Shown here piece by piece: positions 45,356-54,898 of a stretch of DNA of 64,000 nucleotides. Source of the DNA: Candidatus Acidiferrum sp. (lineage in GTDB: Bacteria; Acidobacteriota; Terriglobia; Acidiferrales; UBA7541). The notes under the pieces are model-generated. The model did no database searches, was not told the DNA's origin, and saw nothing but the letters and a program-made list of their open reading frames with translations. Numbering within the stretch: position 1 is the stretch's first letter; each line of letters begins with the position of its first letter. Location of the stretch: NCBI GenBank assembly GCA_035576885.1, contig DATLVZ010000005.1, positions 13,927 through 77,926 on the forward strand. Direction: 5' to 3'. The translations under genes were made by a program, and so were the position numbers.

Positions 45356-45813
45356 TTTTACATTCACCCCCAATCCGGTTCGGATTGGTTACATGCGGCG
45401 CCACTGCTTCGTTCGAACACCGCCCCAGGTTATTATCGCACGCCGAAGGCTACGCGGTCACGCGCAGCGCACGGCGTCTCACTTCAAGTTCCCACCGAAC
45501 GCGTACGGATATGCGCTCGCATGGATCACATTTGGTCTTGCGCACCATTAGCCGTTCTGGAGTCACCCTGATGAGGTAGATGGCATCTTCTAATCAATTG
45601 CGGGCATGGAAGTCAAGGACTCTTTGCAGTGGGCCGGAGACAAGGTCTTTGTCATATCCCTGTAGTTACTGAGCTAATTTTAAAGTACACAGCAGAGTAG
45701 CTCGCCGCTGGACATTTCCCTTCGCTTTTCTTGCCCATATCCCAGTCGGTTCCGGAGATACAACTTGTCAGAAGTAAACTGACTCCGCCAGCCGTTTCAT
45801 GCAATTCGGATGG

Positions 45814-48678
45814 CTATTCCAACTTTGCATACTCAGATTTGGCCGCAATGAGAATGGGAATTTCCGGGTCGGCGTCTTTCCAGAGGCTGAAGAAATCCTG
45901 GTATGCGGCTTTGGACTTGAAAGTGTCTCCCTCGAGGGCGTGTGCGCGGCCCAAGCCCAGGTGCGCCAGGGCGGCGATGGGTTCGTTGAGGGCCACGCCC
46001 GGCCAATCGAGGATTCTCTGAAATTCGGCCGCGGCTTGAGCGCCTTGATGAGATGCGAGGTAAGCCTCGCCGCGAACATAGATGGGATACAGGTTGGCCC
46101 AAAAGGTGGTGCTCCCGGAGATGCCGCGTTCGTAGGGCGTGGCCACGGAGAGCAGGTCGAGCGCTTTTGGCGCTCCATTAGTGCCGCCGAGAGCAAGCTG
46201 GGCGCGAAGCGTGGGGACGTAGTTGAGTCGGACGATGGTGTCCTCCGGAAAGCGCTTGGCCAAATCCTCGGAAAGTGCGCGCGCTCGCGCGGAATCCCCG
46301 GTGAAATCCACGGCAAGAGCGGCGGCAAACTGCACGTCGCGACCGTTGGACATCACGAGCGCAGCCGAGGAGTGTTGACGAGCGGCTGCAGTGTTTCCGT
46401 AAAGAGCTTCCCAGAGCGCGGCCGCCGCTTCGCATCCTGCGGCCAAATCTTTGGCGCCGGCCTGGCTTGCGGCCGCTGTGGCCTGGCGGGAGAGATCGTG
46501 AGCGGCGGAGAGCCTGCCAAAATAGGCGGCTGTGCTGGCCTCCATCGAAAGGAGAGTGTTTCCTTTTCCGGGTCTCTCCTGTGCCCAAGCAACCTGCTGT
46601 GCCATGGCCGCGGCGTCCTTCTTCACGAAGGCGAGTTGATAGAGAGAGAGGTGCAAGTCGGAGGAATCGAGGTGTTCTGAGAGGGCTTGGTCCGCCGTCG
46701 AGCGAGCTTCGGCTAGACGGTTCAGATGAAGGTAACCGAGAACGAGATTATCGAAATTGAGGCTTTCCGTTGGAGCGAGGCGCTGGGCTTCGCGGAACTC
46801 CGCAAGAGATCTTTCATACAGTCCGAGCGTTTGATAGACGACACCCAGATTGATGGCTGGGACCGCCTCGCGGGGATAAAGTTGCGACCACAGTTCGTAG
46901 TCTTCGCGCGCTTTTTCGAGATCGCCGGTGACGAAGTGATGGTAGTGCGAGTCGATGTACAGGCGCTCCCATTCGCTGACGCGAGAGCGGAGCTCGTATG
47001 CTTTTCTGGCGGCTTCGGCGGAGAGAGTTTTTTCGCCTAGGTTGTGATAATCGGTGCCGAGCATGGCGTAAGCCATCGCGAACTTTTGATCCTGCTGGAT
47101 GGCGCGCTCGAAGAGGGGCACGGCGGAGGTGTAATCGGATTTGCCTTGCAAGGTTTTGCGCCCAAGGCTATAAGCTTGGAGCGCTTCGAGTGAGGGCGTG
47201 GTGGCTTCCTCGATAGGAGTATCCAGTTTCTGGATGGTCTTTAGGGACTCCCCCAGTTTTTCGCGCAGCTTCGTGGAAGCTTGACCGAGCATCTTCAATA
47301 CGTCTTCCTTGCTATCGGCAGTCACCTGTTCCTGAGCGAGGTTGTCGCCGGTCCGGCAATTCACTGCGTTGACGCTAATGACATACTGGCTGCCCAGAGT
47401 GGAGATGGTTCCACTTAGGTACGCCTTGCACCCGGCACGCTGGCAGAGATCGCCTGCAATCGCGGGGGACAGCTTGCCGTCGGCCGGCTGGCCCATGAGC
47501 TGCAACGTTTGCTGGACCCGCTGCTCGGAGAGCAGGCTCAAGAAGGGAGATTGTTGAAGCTGCGCTGAGAGACCCTGGCGAAGCGTGTCGTCAAAGATGG
47601 GGTCGCCCGTCTTGTTGGTGAAGTCTGCCAGGACGATGGTGTCCATCTGTGTCAATGCTTGAGCGCGGCGCGTGTTGTAGAACCATCCAGCAGAAGCAAG
47701 GAGGGCGAGAAGGGTTGCGGCTCCGGCAACTATCTCCCAACCGAAGCGTCGAACGAAAGAGGGTGCGGCCACGGCGGCTGGGACTGACACAGTGGATGCA
47801 GTAATTTGGCTTGACTCGGAAACGCGCTTCAGCTGCTCCAAATCCGTGCGGACAGCGCCGGCAGACGGGTAGCGAAGTTCTCTGTCTTTATCGAGGCACT
47901 TGTTGATGATTTCCTCGAGCCGCGGGGGAATCTCAGGATTCACAGTTCGAACGGAAGTAGGGACGCGCGTGAGAATGGATTCGATGATCGCGCCGCCGGT
48001 CCTGCCGCTGAACGCCTGGCGGCCGGTTGCCATCTCATAGAGCAGCAGACCCAAAGCGAAAATATCGGTGCGGCTGTCGAGGTCATCGCCGCGGACCTGC
48101 TCCGGGGACATATAGGCGGGAGTCCCGCTGATAATGCCCACGATGGACAAGGAATCTTGAGATGAATTTGCGGAAGAATCCCCGGCTGCGAGAGGTAGCA
48201 CATCTTTGACGGCCAGCTTCGCTAAACCGAAATCGAGGATCTTGGCCTGCCCTCGTTTGGTGACGAAAACGTTGGAGGGTTTGATATCTCTATGAATGAT
48301 GCGTTCGGTGTGTGCCACATCGAGAGCATCGGAAATTTGAATTCCGAGTTCCAAGATCTCTTCCAAAGGAACAGGCTGGCCGTGGATGTGCTGGCGAAGC
48401 GTTTCGCCGTCGATAAACTCCATGGCGATGAACGGCCGATGATCCTGTTCGCCGATGTCGTAGATGGTGCAGATACCGGGATGATTCAAGGCAGAAGCGG
48501 CATGGGCTTCGCGGCGAAATCGTTCGAGGGCCTGCGAATCCTGCACCATATTCTCGGGCAGAAATTTCAGAGCAACAGGGCGCTCTAGACGGGTGTCGAG
48601 CGCTTTGTAGACCACACCCATTCCGCCGGCACCGAGTTTCTCTACAATGCGGAAATGAGAGATGCTCTGGCCAATCAT
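45814..48678 (-). CDS. Ser/Thr protein kinase with one TM segment and an extracytoplasmic TPR-repeat region
   Basis: GAGGMGVVYKA, HRDIKPSN, DFGLAK, SGTPAYMSPE. TM segment WEIVAGAATLLALLASAGWF. The C-terminal half has TPR-like repeats. Confidence 0.9.
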   Translation of the reverse strand: MIGQSISHFRIVEKLGAGGMGVVYKALDTRLERPVALKFLPENMVQDSQALERFRREAHAASALNHPGICTIYDIGEQDHRPFIAMEFIDGETLRQHIHGQPVPLEEILELGIQISDALDVAHTERIIHRDIKPSNVFVTKRGQAKILDFGLAKLAVKDVLPLAAGDSSANSSQDSLSIVGIISGTPAYMSPEQVRGDDLDSRTDIFALGLLLYEMATGRQAFSGRTGGAIIESILTRVPTSVRTVNPEIPPRLEEIINKCLDKDRELRYPSAGAVRTDLEQLKRVSESSQITASTVSVPAAVAAPSFVRRFGWEIVAGAATLLALLASAGWFYNTRRAQALTQMDTIVLADFTNKTGDPIFDDTLRQGLSAQLQQSPFLSLLSEQRVQQTLQLMGQPADGKLSPAIAGDLCQRAGCKAYLSGTISTLGSQYVISVNAVNCRTGDNLAQEQVTADSKEDVLKMLGQASTKLREKLGESLKTIQKLDTPIEEATTPSLEALQAYSLGRKTLQGKSDYTSAVPLFERAIQQDQKFAMAYAMLGTDYHNLGEKTLSAEAARKAYELRSRVSEWERLYIDSHYHHFVTGDLEKAREDYELWSQLYPREAVPAINLGVVYQTLGLYERSLAEFREAQRLAPTESLNFDNLVLGYLHLNRLAEARSTADQALSEHLDSSDLHLSLYQLAFVKKDAAAMAQQVAWAQERPGKGNTLLSMEASTAAYFGRLSAAHDLSRQATAAASQAGAKDLAAGCEAAAALWEALYGNTAAARQHSSAALVMSNGRDVQFAAALAVDFTGDSARARALSEDLAKRFPEDTIVRLNYVPTLRAQLALGGTNGAPKALDLLSVATPYERGISGSTTFWANLYPIYVRGEAYLASHQGAQAAAEFQRILDWPGVALNEPIAALAHLGLGRAHALEGDTFKSKAAYQDFFSLWKDADPEIPILIAAKSEYAKLE

Positions 48679-48713
48679 GGATGAGTCCGCGCTTCAAGAA
48701 TCGACGATCAGGA

Positions 48714-48935
48714 TCAAATGGTTTGATCACTCAAGTCGGAATCCCCCGCCGGCTTTTGGCGCGGCACATTCGGAGGCTTCGGAGCACCGAGCATGTTGAG
48801 GACGCGGGACCCTTCCCCGTAAGTGGACAAGTCGGCTTGCTGTTCGAGCTCGAATGTGACGTTTTTGTTGCAGACCGAGCAGACCAGCGCACCGTAGGCG
48901 GCGCCGCCCTGTTGGATAAACATGTTGTAGCGCAT
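48714..48935 (-). CDS. Small hypothetical protein upstream of the kinase gene (start uncertain)
   Basis: The ORF extends up to 49028. It contains VCCE...CSVC cysteine pairs if the long form is used. It ends 36 nt before the kinase start. No recognisable family. Confidence 0.3.
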   Translation of the reverse strand: MRYNMFIQQGGAAYGALVCSVCNKNVTFELEQQADLSTYGEGSRVLNMLGAPKPPNVPRQKPAGDSDLSDQTI

Positions 48936-49273
48936 AACCCGCTCGCAACAGACGGGAACCCAAAGATTTGGAGTTTGCGCAGGATTCAAGCGCCACCTGT
49001 CCAAGAGCGAATGCCGGAGATTATACACTCAAACAGTGCTTGCCAAGGCCCAAACAACCCTTTCGAGGACCTGCGGCCTGTATCGTGGTTATCACCCTTG
49101 CGGGAGAGCCCCCTTCCAACTCCGTTGAGAACGAAAAACAGCTCGCGAGCTACCTCCTGATCGACGCACCAACCGGAAGCTAATCCACTATCCATTGTCC
49201 GCTTCTCTTGCCATCCGCCTTACCTGTGCTGTTAGAATGGGCCGCTTCACAGAAGCGTGTCCGGAGGCCAGCA

Positions 49274-50512
49274 ATGTCTGCGATGAGCGATGCCATCGGA
49301 GTACTCCTCGCTGGGGGACAGGGCGAACGGTTGTGGCCCTTGACGCGCGACCGCGCCAAACCGGCCGTCCCGTTCGGCGCGTTATACCGCATTATCGATA
49401 TCACGCTATCTAACTGCATCAACTCCGATTTGCGGCGTGTCTTCGTTCTCACGCAATACAAAGCGCTGAGCCTCAACCGGCATATCCGGGCGGGTTGGTC
49501 ACCGCTGGCGGGGCTCGGAGACTACATCGAATTGCTTACGCCGCAGATGCGCGTTTCAAAGGAGTGGTACCAGGGCACAGCGGACGCCGTCTACCAGAAC
49601 ATCTACTCGATTGGCAGCGAACGCTCCAAATACGTCTTCATTCTTTCCGGCGACCACATTTACAAAATGAATTACGCCAAGATGCTTCAGCAACACGTGG
49701 ATTCGGCCGCGGATGTAACAGTTGCGACTATCCAAATTCCCGTGATGCAGGCGGTGCGACAATTCGGTGTGATTGAAGTGGATAAAGACTGGCGCATCAT
49801 GGGCTTTGAAGAAAAGCCGGCGGAGCCCAAGCAGTCTCCCCATCATCCGGGCAATTGCAACGCATCCATGGGGATATATATTTTCAATACACAACTGTTG
49901 ATCCCGGTCCTTCTTGCCGATTCCGAAGACCCGAAATCGAGCCATGATTTCGGCAAGGACATACTCCCGCGCATTATTTCGAAGCATCGCGTCTTTGCCT
50001 ACAACTTCGTGGATGAGAATCAGAAAGACGCACTGTATTGGCGAGACGTCGGCACGCTCGACGCCTATTACGAAGCCAACATGGATCTGGTCAGCGTCTC
50101 GCCCGTTTTCAATTTGTATGATAATCATTGGCCTCTGCGCACCTGGCAGCACCAGTACCCACCGGCTAAATTCGTATTTGCTGATCCTGAGCGGATGGGG
50201 GTGGCGCTCGATTCGATCGTCGCGGGCGGTTCGGTCATATCCGGTGGGCGCGTCCAGCGGTGCGTCATCGGAAACAATGTGCGCGTTAACAGCTACTGCG
50301 AGATTACGGATTCCATTATGTATAATCATGTGAACGTTGGCCGCCATTCGCGCATCCGTCGCGCGATCATCGACCGGCATGTCAGCCTCCCGGAACGCAC
50401 GGAGATCGGCTTTGATAGGGAAGCCGACCGGCGCCGATTCCATGTCACAGATTCGGGAATCGTGGTCGTCGTTCGACAGGAGTCGCTCATCGAAGAACCG
50501 GAAACCGCCTAG
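49274..50512 (+). CDS. glgC: Glucose-1-phosphate adenylyltransferase
   Basis: IGVLLAGGQGERLWPLTRDRAKPAVPFGALYRIIDITLSNCINS...QGTADAVYQN...ASMGIYIF. Confidence 0.9.
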   Translation: MSAMSDAIGVLLAGGQGERLWPLTRDRAKPAVPFGALYRIIDITLSNCINSDLRRVFVLTQYKALSLNRHIRAGWSPLAGLGDYIELLTPQMRVSKEWYQGTADAVYQNIYSIGSERSKYVFILSGDHIYKMNYAKMLQQHVDSAADVTVATIQIPVMQAVRQFGVIEVDKDWRIMGFEEKPAEPKQSPHHPGNCNASMGIYIFNTQLLIPVLLADSEDPKSSHDFGKDILPRIISKHRVFAYNFVDENQKDALYWRDVGTLDAYYEANMDLVSVSPVFNLYDNHWPLRTWQHQYPPAKFVFADPERMGVALDSIVAGGSVISGGRVQRCVIGNNVRVNSYCEITDSIMYNHVNVGRHSRIRRAIIDRHVSLPERTEIGFDREADRRRFHVTDSGIVVVVRQESLIEEPETA

Positions 50513-51943
<1,431 letters not shown>

Positions 51944-51962
51944 GCGAAGATCAGGCTCTCGC

Positions 51963-51987
51963 CGCGGCGTAGCACCGCCGCGCTTTT
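51963..51987 (+). terminator. Candidate intrinsic terminator after eno
   Basis: CGCGGCG (51963-51969) pairs with CGCCGCG (51976-51982) around a 6-nt loop, followed by CTTTT. Confidence 0.45.
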
Positions 51988-52007
51988 CGCGCTCCGGAGG
52001 TTTTCCT

Positions 52008-52943
52008 ATGAAATGCACACGGCCCTTTCTGGGAATGATTCTTCTCCTGATGGTGCACGTTGCGATCATCTCGGCACAGCCCCAAAAACAATCGAGTACG
52101 GCCACCGCGCCTCCTAGACTTCTTCTCCTCGTTCACCAGCAATTCAAATTCGGAGGTGAGAGCGAGCGCCAAAAACTTGAAGCCGCAATGGTGCGCGCAT
52201 GTGACCGCCTGGACGTCCCCAACTCCTGGATCGATCTCCAATCCATTACCGGACCGCCGGAAGCACTATCTTTCGATCCCCTGGATTCCTTTGAGCAGTT
52301 GGAGACGGCCTCCGTTGCATGGGAGCAACTCTATGCGTCCCATCCAAAGCTTTCGCTATTGCAGGACCAAATCAGGGCGCTGGTGACGAGTGAAAGTTCG
52401 ATCATCGCGGTTCGGCGCGATGATCTCGGCTATCGCGTAAACCGCATCGATCTATCCAAGGCACGATTCATGCGCGTCCTAGAAGTGCGTGTTCGGCCCG
52501 GTCATGATACCGATTTCGTCGAGTCCTTCAAGCTCCTTGGCGCGGCCTATGAAAAAATCGACGCGGACATGCCTTGGGTGGTCTATCAAGTGAACGCGGG
52601 AATGCCTTCGCCAACCTTTCTCGTTTTTGTTCCAATGCGTGCGCTAAAGGAAAACGACAGCTATCTCGCCCGCGCCCCTAAGCTTCATGAAGCCGAAGGC
52701 GAGCTGAACGCCGATCGCATGCACCAAATCGCGCTCGATGCCTACGAGAGTACCGAGAGAAATCTCTACGCTATTAGCCCCGTGACGTCCCACGTACCCA
52801 AGGAGTTTATCGACAGCGATCCCGATTTCTGGTCGCAAAAGCCATCCGCTGAAGCGAGACCTCAGGCCACGGGCGAGACCGGAGAGGCCTCAATGGGAAA
52901 AGGTGGCGAAGCACACCAGAAGCAATCGCTCCCGAATTTTTAG
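52008..52943 (+). CDS. Secreted hypothetical protein
   Basis: GGAGG lies before the ATG. Signal peptide MKCTRPFLGMILLLMVHVAIISAQ. No recognisable motif. Confidence 0.5.
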   Translation: MKCTRPFLGMILLLMVHVAIISAQPQKQSSTATAPPRLLLLVHQQFKFGGESERQKLEAAMVRACDRLDVPNSWIDLQSITGPPEALSFDPLDSFEQLETASVAWEQLYASHPKLSLLQDQIRALVTSESSIIAVRRDDLGYRVNRIDLSKARFMRVLEVRVRPGHDTDFVESFKLLGAAYEKIDADMPWVVYQVNAGMPSPTFLVFVPMRALKENDSYLARAPKLHEAEGELNADRMHQIALDAYESTERNLYAISPVTSHVPKEFIDSDPDFWSQKPSAEARPQATGETGEASMGKGGEAHQKQSLPNF

Positions 52944-52955
52944 CCGGATCTTTTC

Positions 52956-53459
52956 ATGACGCGGGCTCCAATATCTTCCCGGCATGGCGATGGCATTTCG
53001 ATCCGCACAGCGCTGAGCGGCGACGCTCCTGGGCTCGTACGGCTAATCAACGCGGCATTCATCGTGGAACAATTTGTCTTTGATGGCGATCGTATCAATT
53101 CCCAAGAGATGCAAACATTCATGGAAACCGGGCAGTTCTTGCTGGCTGAAGACTCAGCCGGACTTGCCGGGTGCGTCTACGTGGAAGTTCGCAAGGACCG
53201 GGGATATCTAGGCTTGCTCGCGGTGAGCCCGCCGCGTCAGGGGGAGGGTTTGGGGCGCACGCTGGTTGCTGCCGCTGAGAATTATTTCCGCGCTAAGGAT
53301 TGTCGCGCGGTCGAGCTGCGAATCATCAGCTTACGGACGCCTCTTCCTCCATTTTACCACCACCTAGGCTATGCCGAAATTGGCACCGCCCCTTTCTCCC
53401 CGTCTCTGCAATCAAAAGTGCCGGGTCACTACATCATCATGTCGAAAGTGCTCCCCTGA
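52956..53459 (+). CDS. GNAT-family N-acetyltransferase
   Basis: LLAVSPPRQGEGLGRTLVAAAENY (Q/RxxGxG/A acetyl-CoA loop). 167 aa. Confidence 0.8.
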   Translation: MTRAPISSRHGDGISIRTALSGDAPGLVRLINAAFIVEQFVFDGDRINSQEMQTFMETGQFLLAEDSAGLAGCVYVEVRKDRGYLGLLAVSPPRQGEGLGRTLVAAAENYFRAKDCRAVELRIISLRTPLPPFYHHLGYAEIGTAPFSPSLQSKVPGHYIIMSKVLP

Positions 53460-53490
53460 TGTGACGCTTAGGTTCCTGCGTGTTACGGAG

Positions 53491-54147
53491 TCAGCGTGCG
53501 ACCCGCGGAAGTGGGCCGAAATACCGGTAGTGCCCAGTAATCTTCCAGTCGAACAACACATCTTCCATCTTTGGCCCTTGCCCGATGTTGTGAACTATCA
53601 GGAATCGCCCGCTCTCTGCAGATTTCCCGTTTACAACAATCCCGATGTGTGGCACACCTCCGCCCAAGTCCCAGGTCACAAGGTCGCCGGGCGAATAGCC
53701 CTTCGCACGCGATGAAATCGGCAGGCTCTCTCCCATACGGCTGAAAAACACCATCAGATTCGGCACGCGACGGTGATCGATGTTCTGGTCCGGATGCGCC
53801 TGGTGCCACTTCGATTTCGCCGGATAATCCGTCCAGTTGAGCACCATGTCCTCGTGAACTTCCTTTTGCAAATCCACACCAACAGCTCGGTAGGCGCGAA
53901 TAATTTCATCGGAACAGACGCCAGTGCCGGCGGGCACGTCTCCGCCGGGATAATCCAGATGGACATACGAGGAAACGTAGTTCACGGAATGATTTGTGCG
54001 CTCGATCGCCGCCGCCACGAGTTTATCGAGAAACTGCTGGCGCTCATTCGGGGTTGTGGGATTCGTTTGCGCAAGCGCGGCTAAGACTGCCGCACACAAT
54101 GAAAACGCAAGCGCGAGGAGCCTCTTGCTGTGAGAATGGAAAGCCAT
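53491..54147 (-). CDS. DUF1287-like secreted protein
   Basis: Signal peptide MAFHSHSKRLLALAFSLCAAVLAALAQ. DYPGGDVPAGTGVCSDEIIRAYRAVGVDLQ...PGDLVTWDLGGGVPHIGIV, assigned from family recollection. Confidence 0.5.
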   Translation of the reverse strand: MAFHSHSKRLLALAFSLCAAVLAALAQTNPTTPNERQQFLDKLVAAAIERTNHSVNYVSSYVHLDYPGGDVPAGTGVCSDEIIRAYRAVGVDLQKEVHEDMVLNWTDYPAKSKWHQAHPDQNIDHRRVPNLMVFFSRMGESLPISSRAKGYSPGDLVTWDLGGGVPHIGIVVNGKSAESGRFLIVHNIGQGPKMEDVLFDWKITGHYRYFGPLPRVAR

Positions 54148-54232
54148 CGTTCGAATCTTATCGCATTCGTTCCGTGTGTGAGCGGTGCTTCGTCCCGAAT
54201 GACCAAAACTTGAACGGCCGGCGAAGAGGCAA

Positions 54233-54766
54233 TCAGGGGAGTGCGGCGAGGAGAGCAGCGGTGCTGGCGTTGTCACCGAACGTTGCGCTGGTATGAGAAA
54301 AAAGGTCCACGTTGTCTGGCCCGAAAACAAAACTTCCGCCAAGCTGGAATGGATTTTTTCCGAGTTTGTGTTGATGATGGCCGGCTTCATGCGCTCGCTT
54401 GCGTGCTTCCGCGTTGTCGCCGCGCAGGAGATGAAAAAGATTGGCGGACTTCAGGTCCGCAGCGCGATAGGCCTGACGCTGTTCGTCAATTAAGAGGGGA
54501 AAAGTGATCCCGGTCTCCTTCCGAAACTCCCTGGCGTAAACAGGATCGCCGAGGCCAATTGCGGCGAGAACTGCTCCTTTGCCGCGAAAGGCTTGTTCAT
54601 GTTCGCGCAACTGCGCGACGTGCTCGCGGCAAAAGATTCAGCCGTAGTGACGCAGGAAAACCACGACGGCGGGTTGCTTATCCCACAAGGAGCCGAGCCG
54701 CGTCTCGCGGCCGTCGCAATCGGGAAGGGTGATAAAGGCGAGCTTATTGCTGAAAGAAGTTTCCAT
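54233..54766 (-). CDS. Peroxiredoxin-like (AhpC/TSA_2, PRXL2-type) protein with an in-frame TGA at the redox-motif position; candidate selenoprotein (UxxC), or alternatively a nonsense pseudogene
   Basis: ATG 54766 ...PAVVVFLRHYG-TGA(54640-54638)-IFCREHVAQLREHEQAF... continues in frame into track ORF 54233..54610. The total is 178 codons including the stop. A stem-loop follows the TGA. Confidence 0.6.
54576..54635 (-). promoter_or_regulatory. SECIS-like stem-loop immediately 3' of the in-frame UGA
   Basis: In mRNA sense, CUUUUGCCGCGA (54635-54624) pairs over 12 bp (one G-U) with UCGCGGCAAAGG (54587-54576). This encloses the hairpin UCGCGC-AGUU-GCGCGA (54618-54603). Confidence 0.45.
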
Positions 54767-54881
54767 GCCATGCCCATCTTGTGCAGCGCGCATGGCACTG
54801 TCAAGCGCTCCGTTAGCAAGCTCAGAGTTTCAGCACCAGATCCCTTGATTTCCTTTCTGCCGCGGCCGTTCTGCCGGCGTG

Positions 54882-54887
54882 TATAAT
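54882..54887 (+). promoter_or_regulatory. Candidate -10 box (TATAAT) implying a near-leaderless transcript
   Basis: A perfect TATAAT, preceded directly by TG, ends 11 nt before ATG 54899. There is no Shine-Dalgarno sequence in between and no convincing -35. Confidence 0.3.
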
Positions 54888-54898
54888 CCTGCTCCGCC

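Noticed and set aside
45400-45425. GTTCGAAC motif resembling a tRNA T-loop in the rpsU upstream spacer.
   Set aside because: The flanking bases do not form a T-arm stem, and no acceptor or anticodon arms can be drawn on either strand.
44708-45571. 287-aa plus-strand ORF spanning the zinc-ribbon and rpsU region.
   Set aside because: It is antisense to two genes with clear family signatures (S21 and the CxxC zinc ribbon). It has no motifs of its own and no ribosome-binding site.
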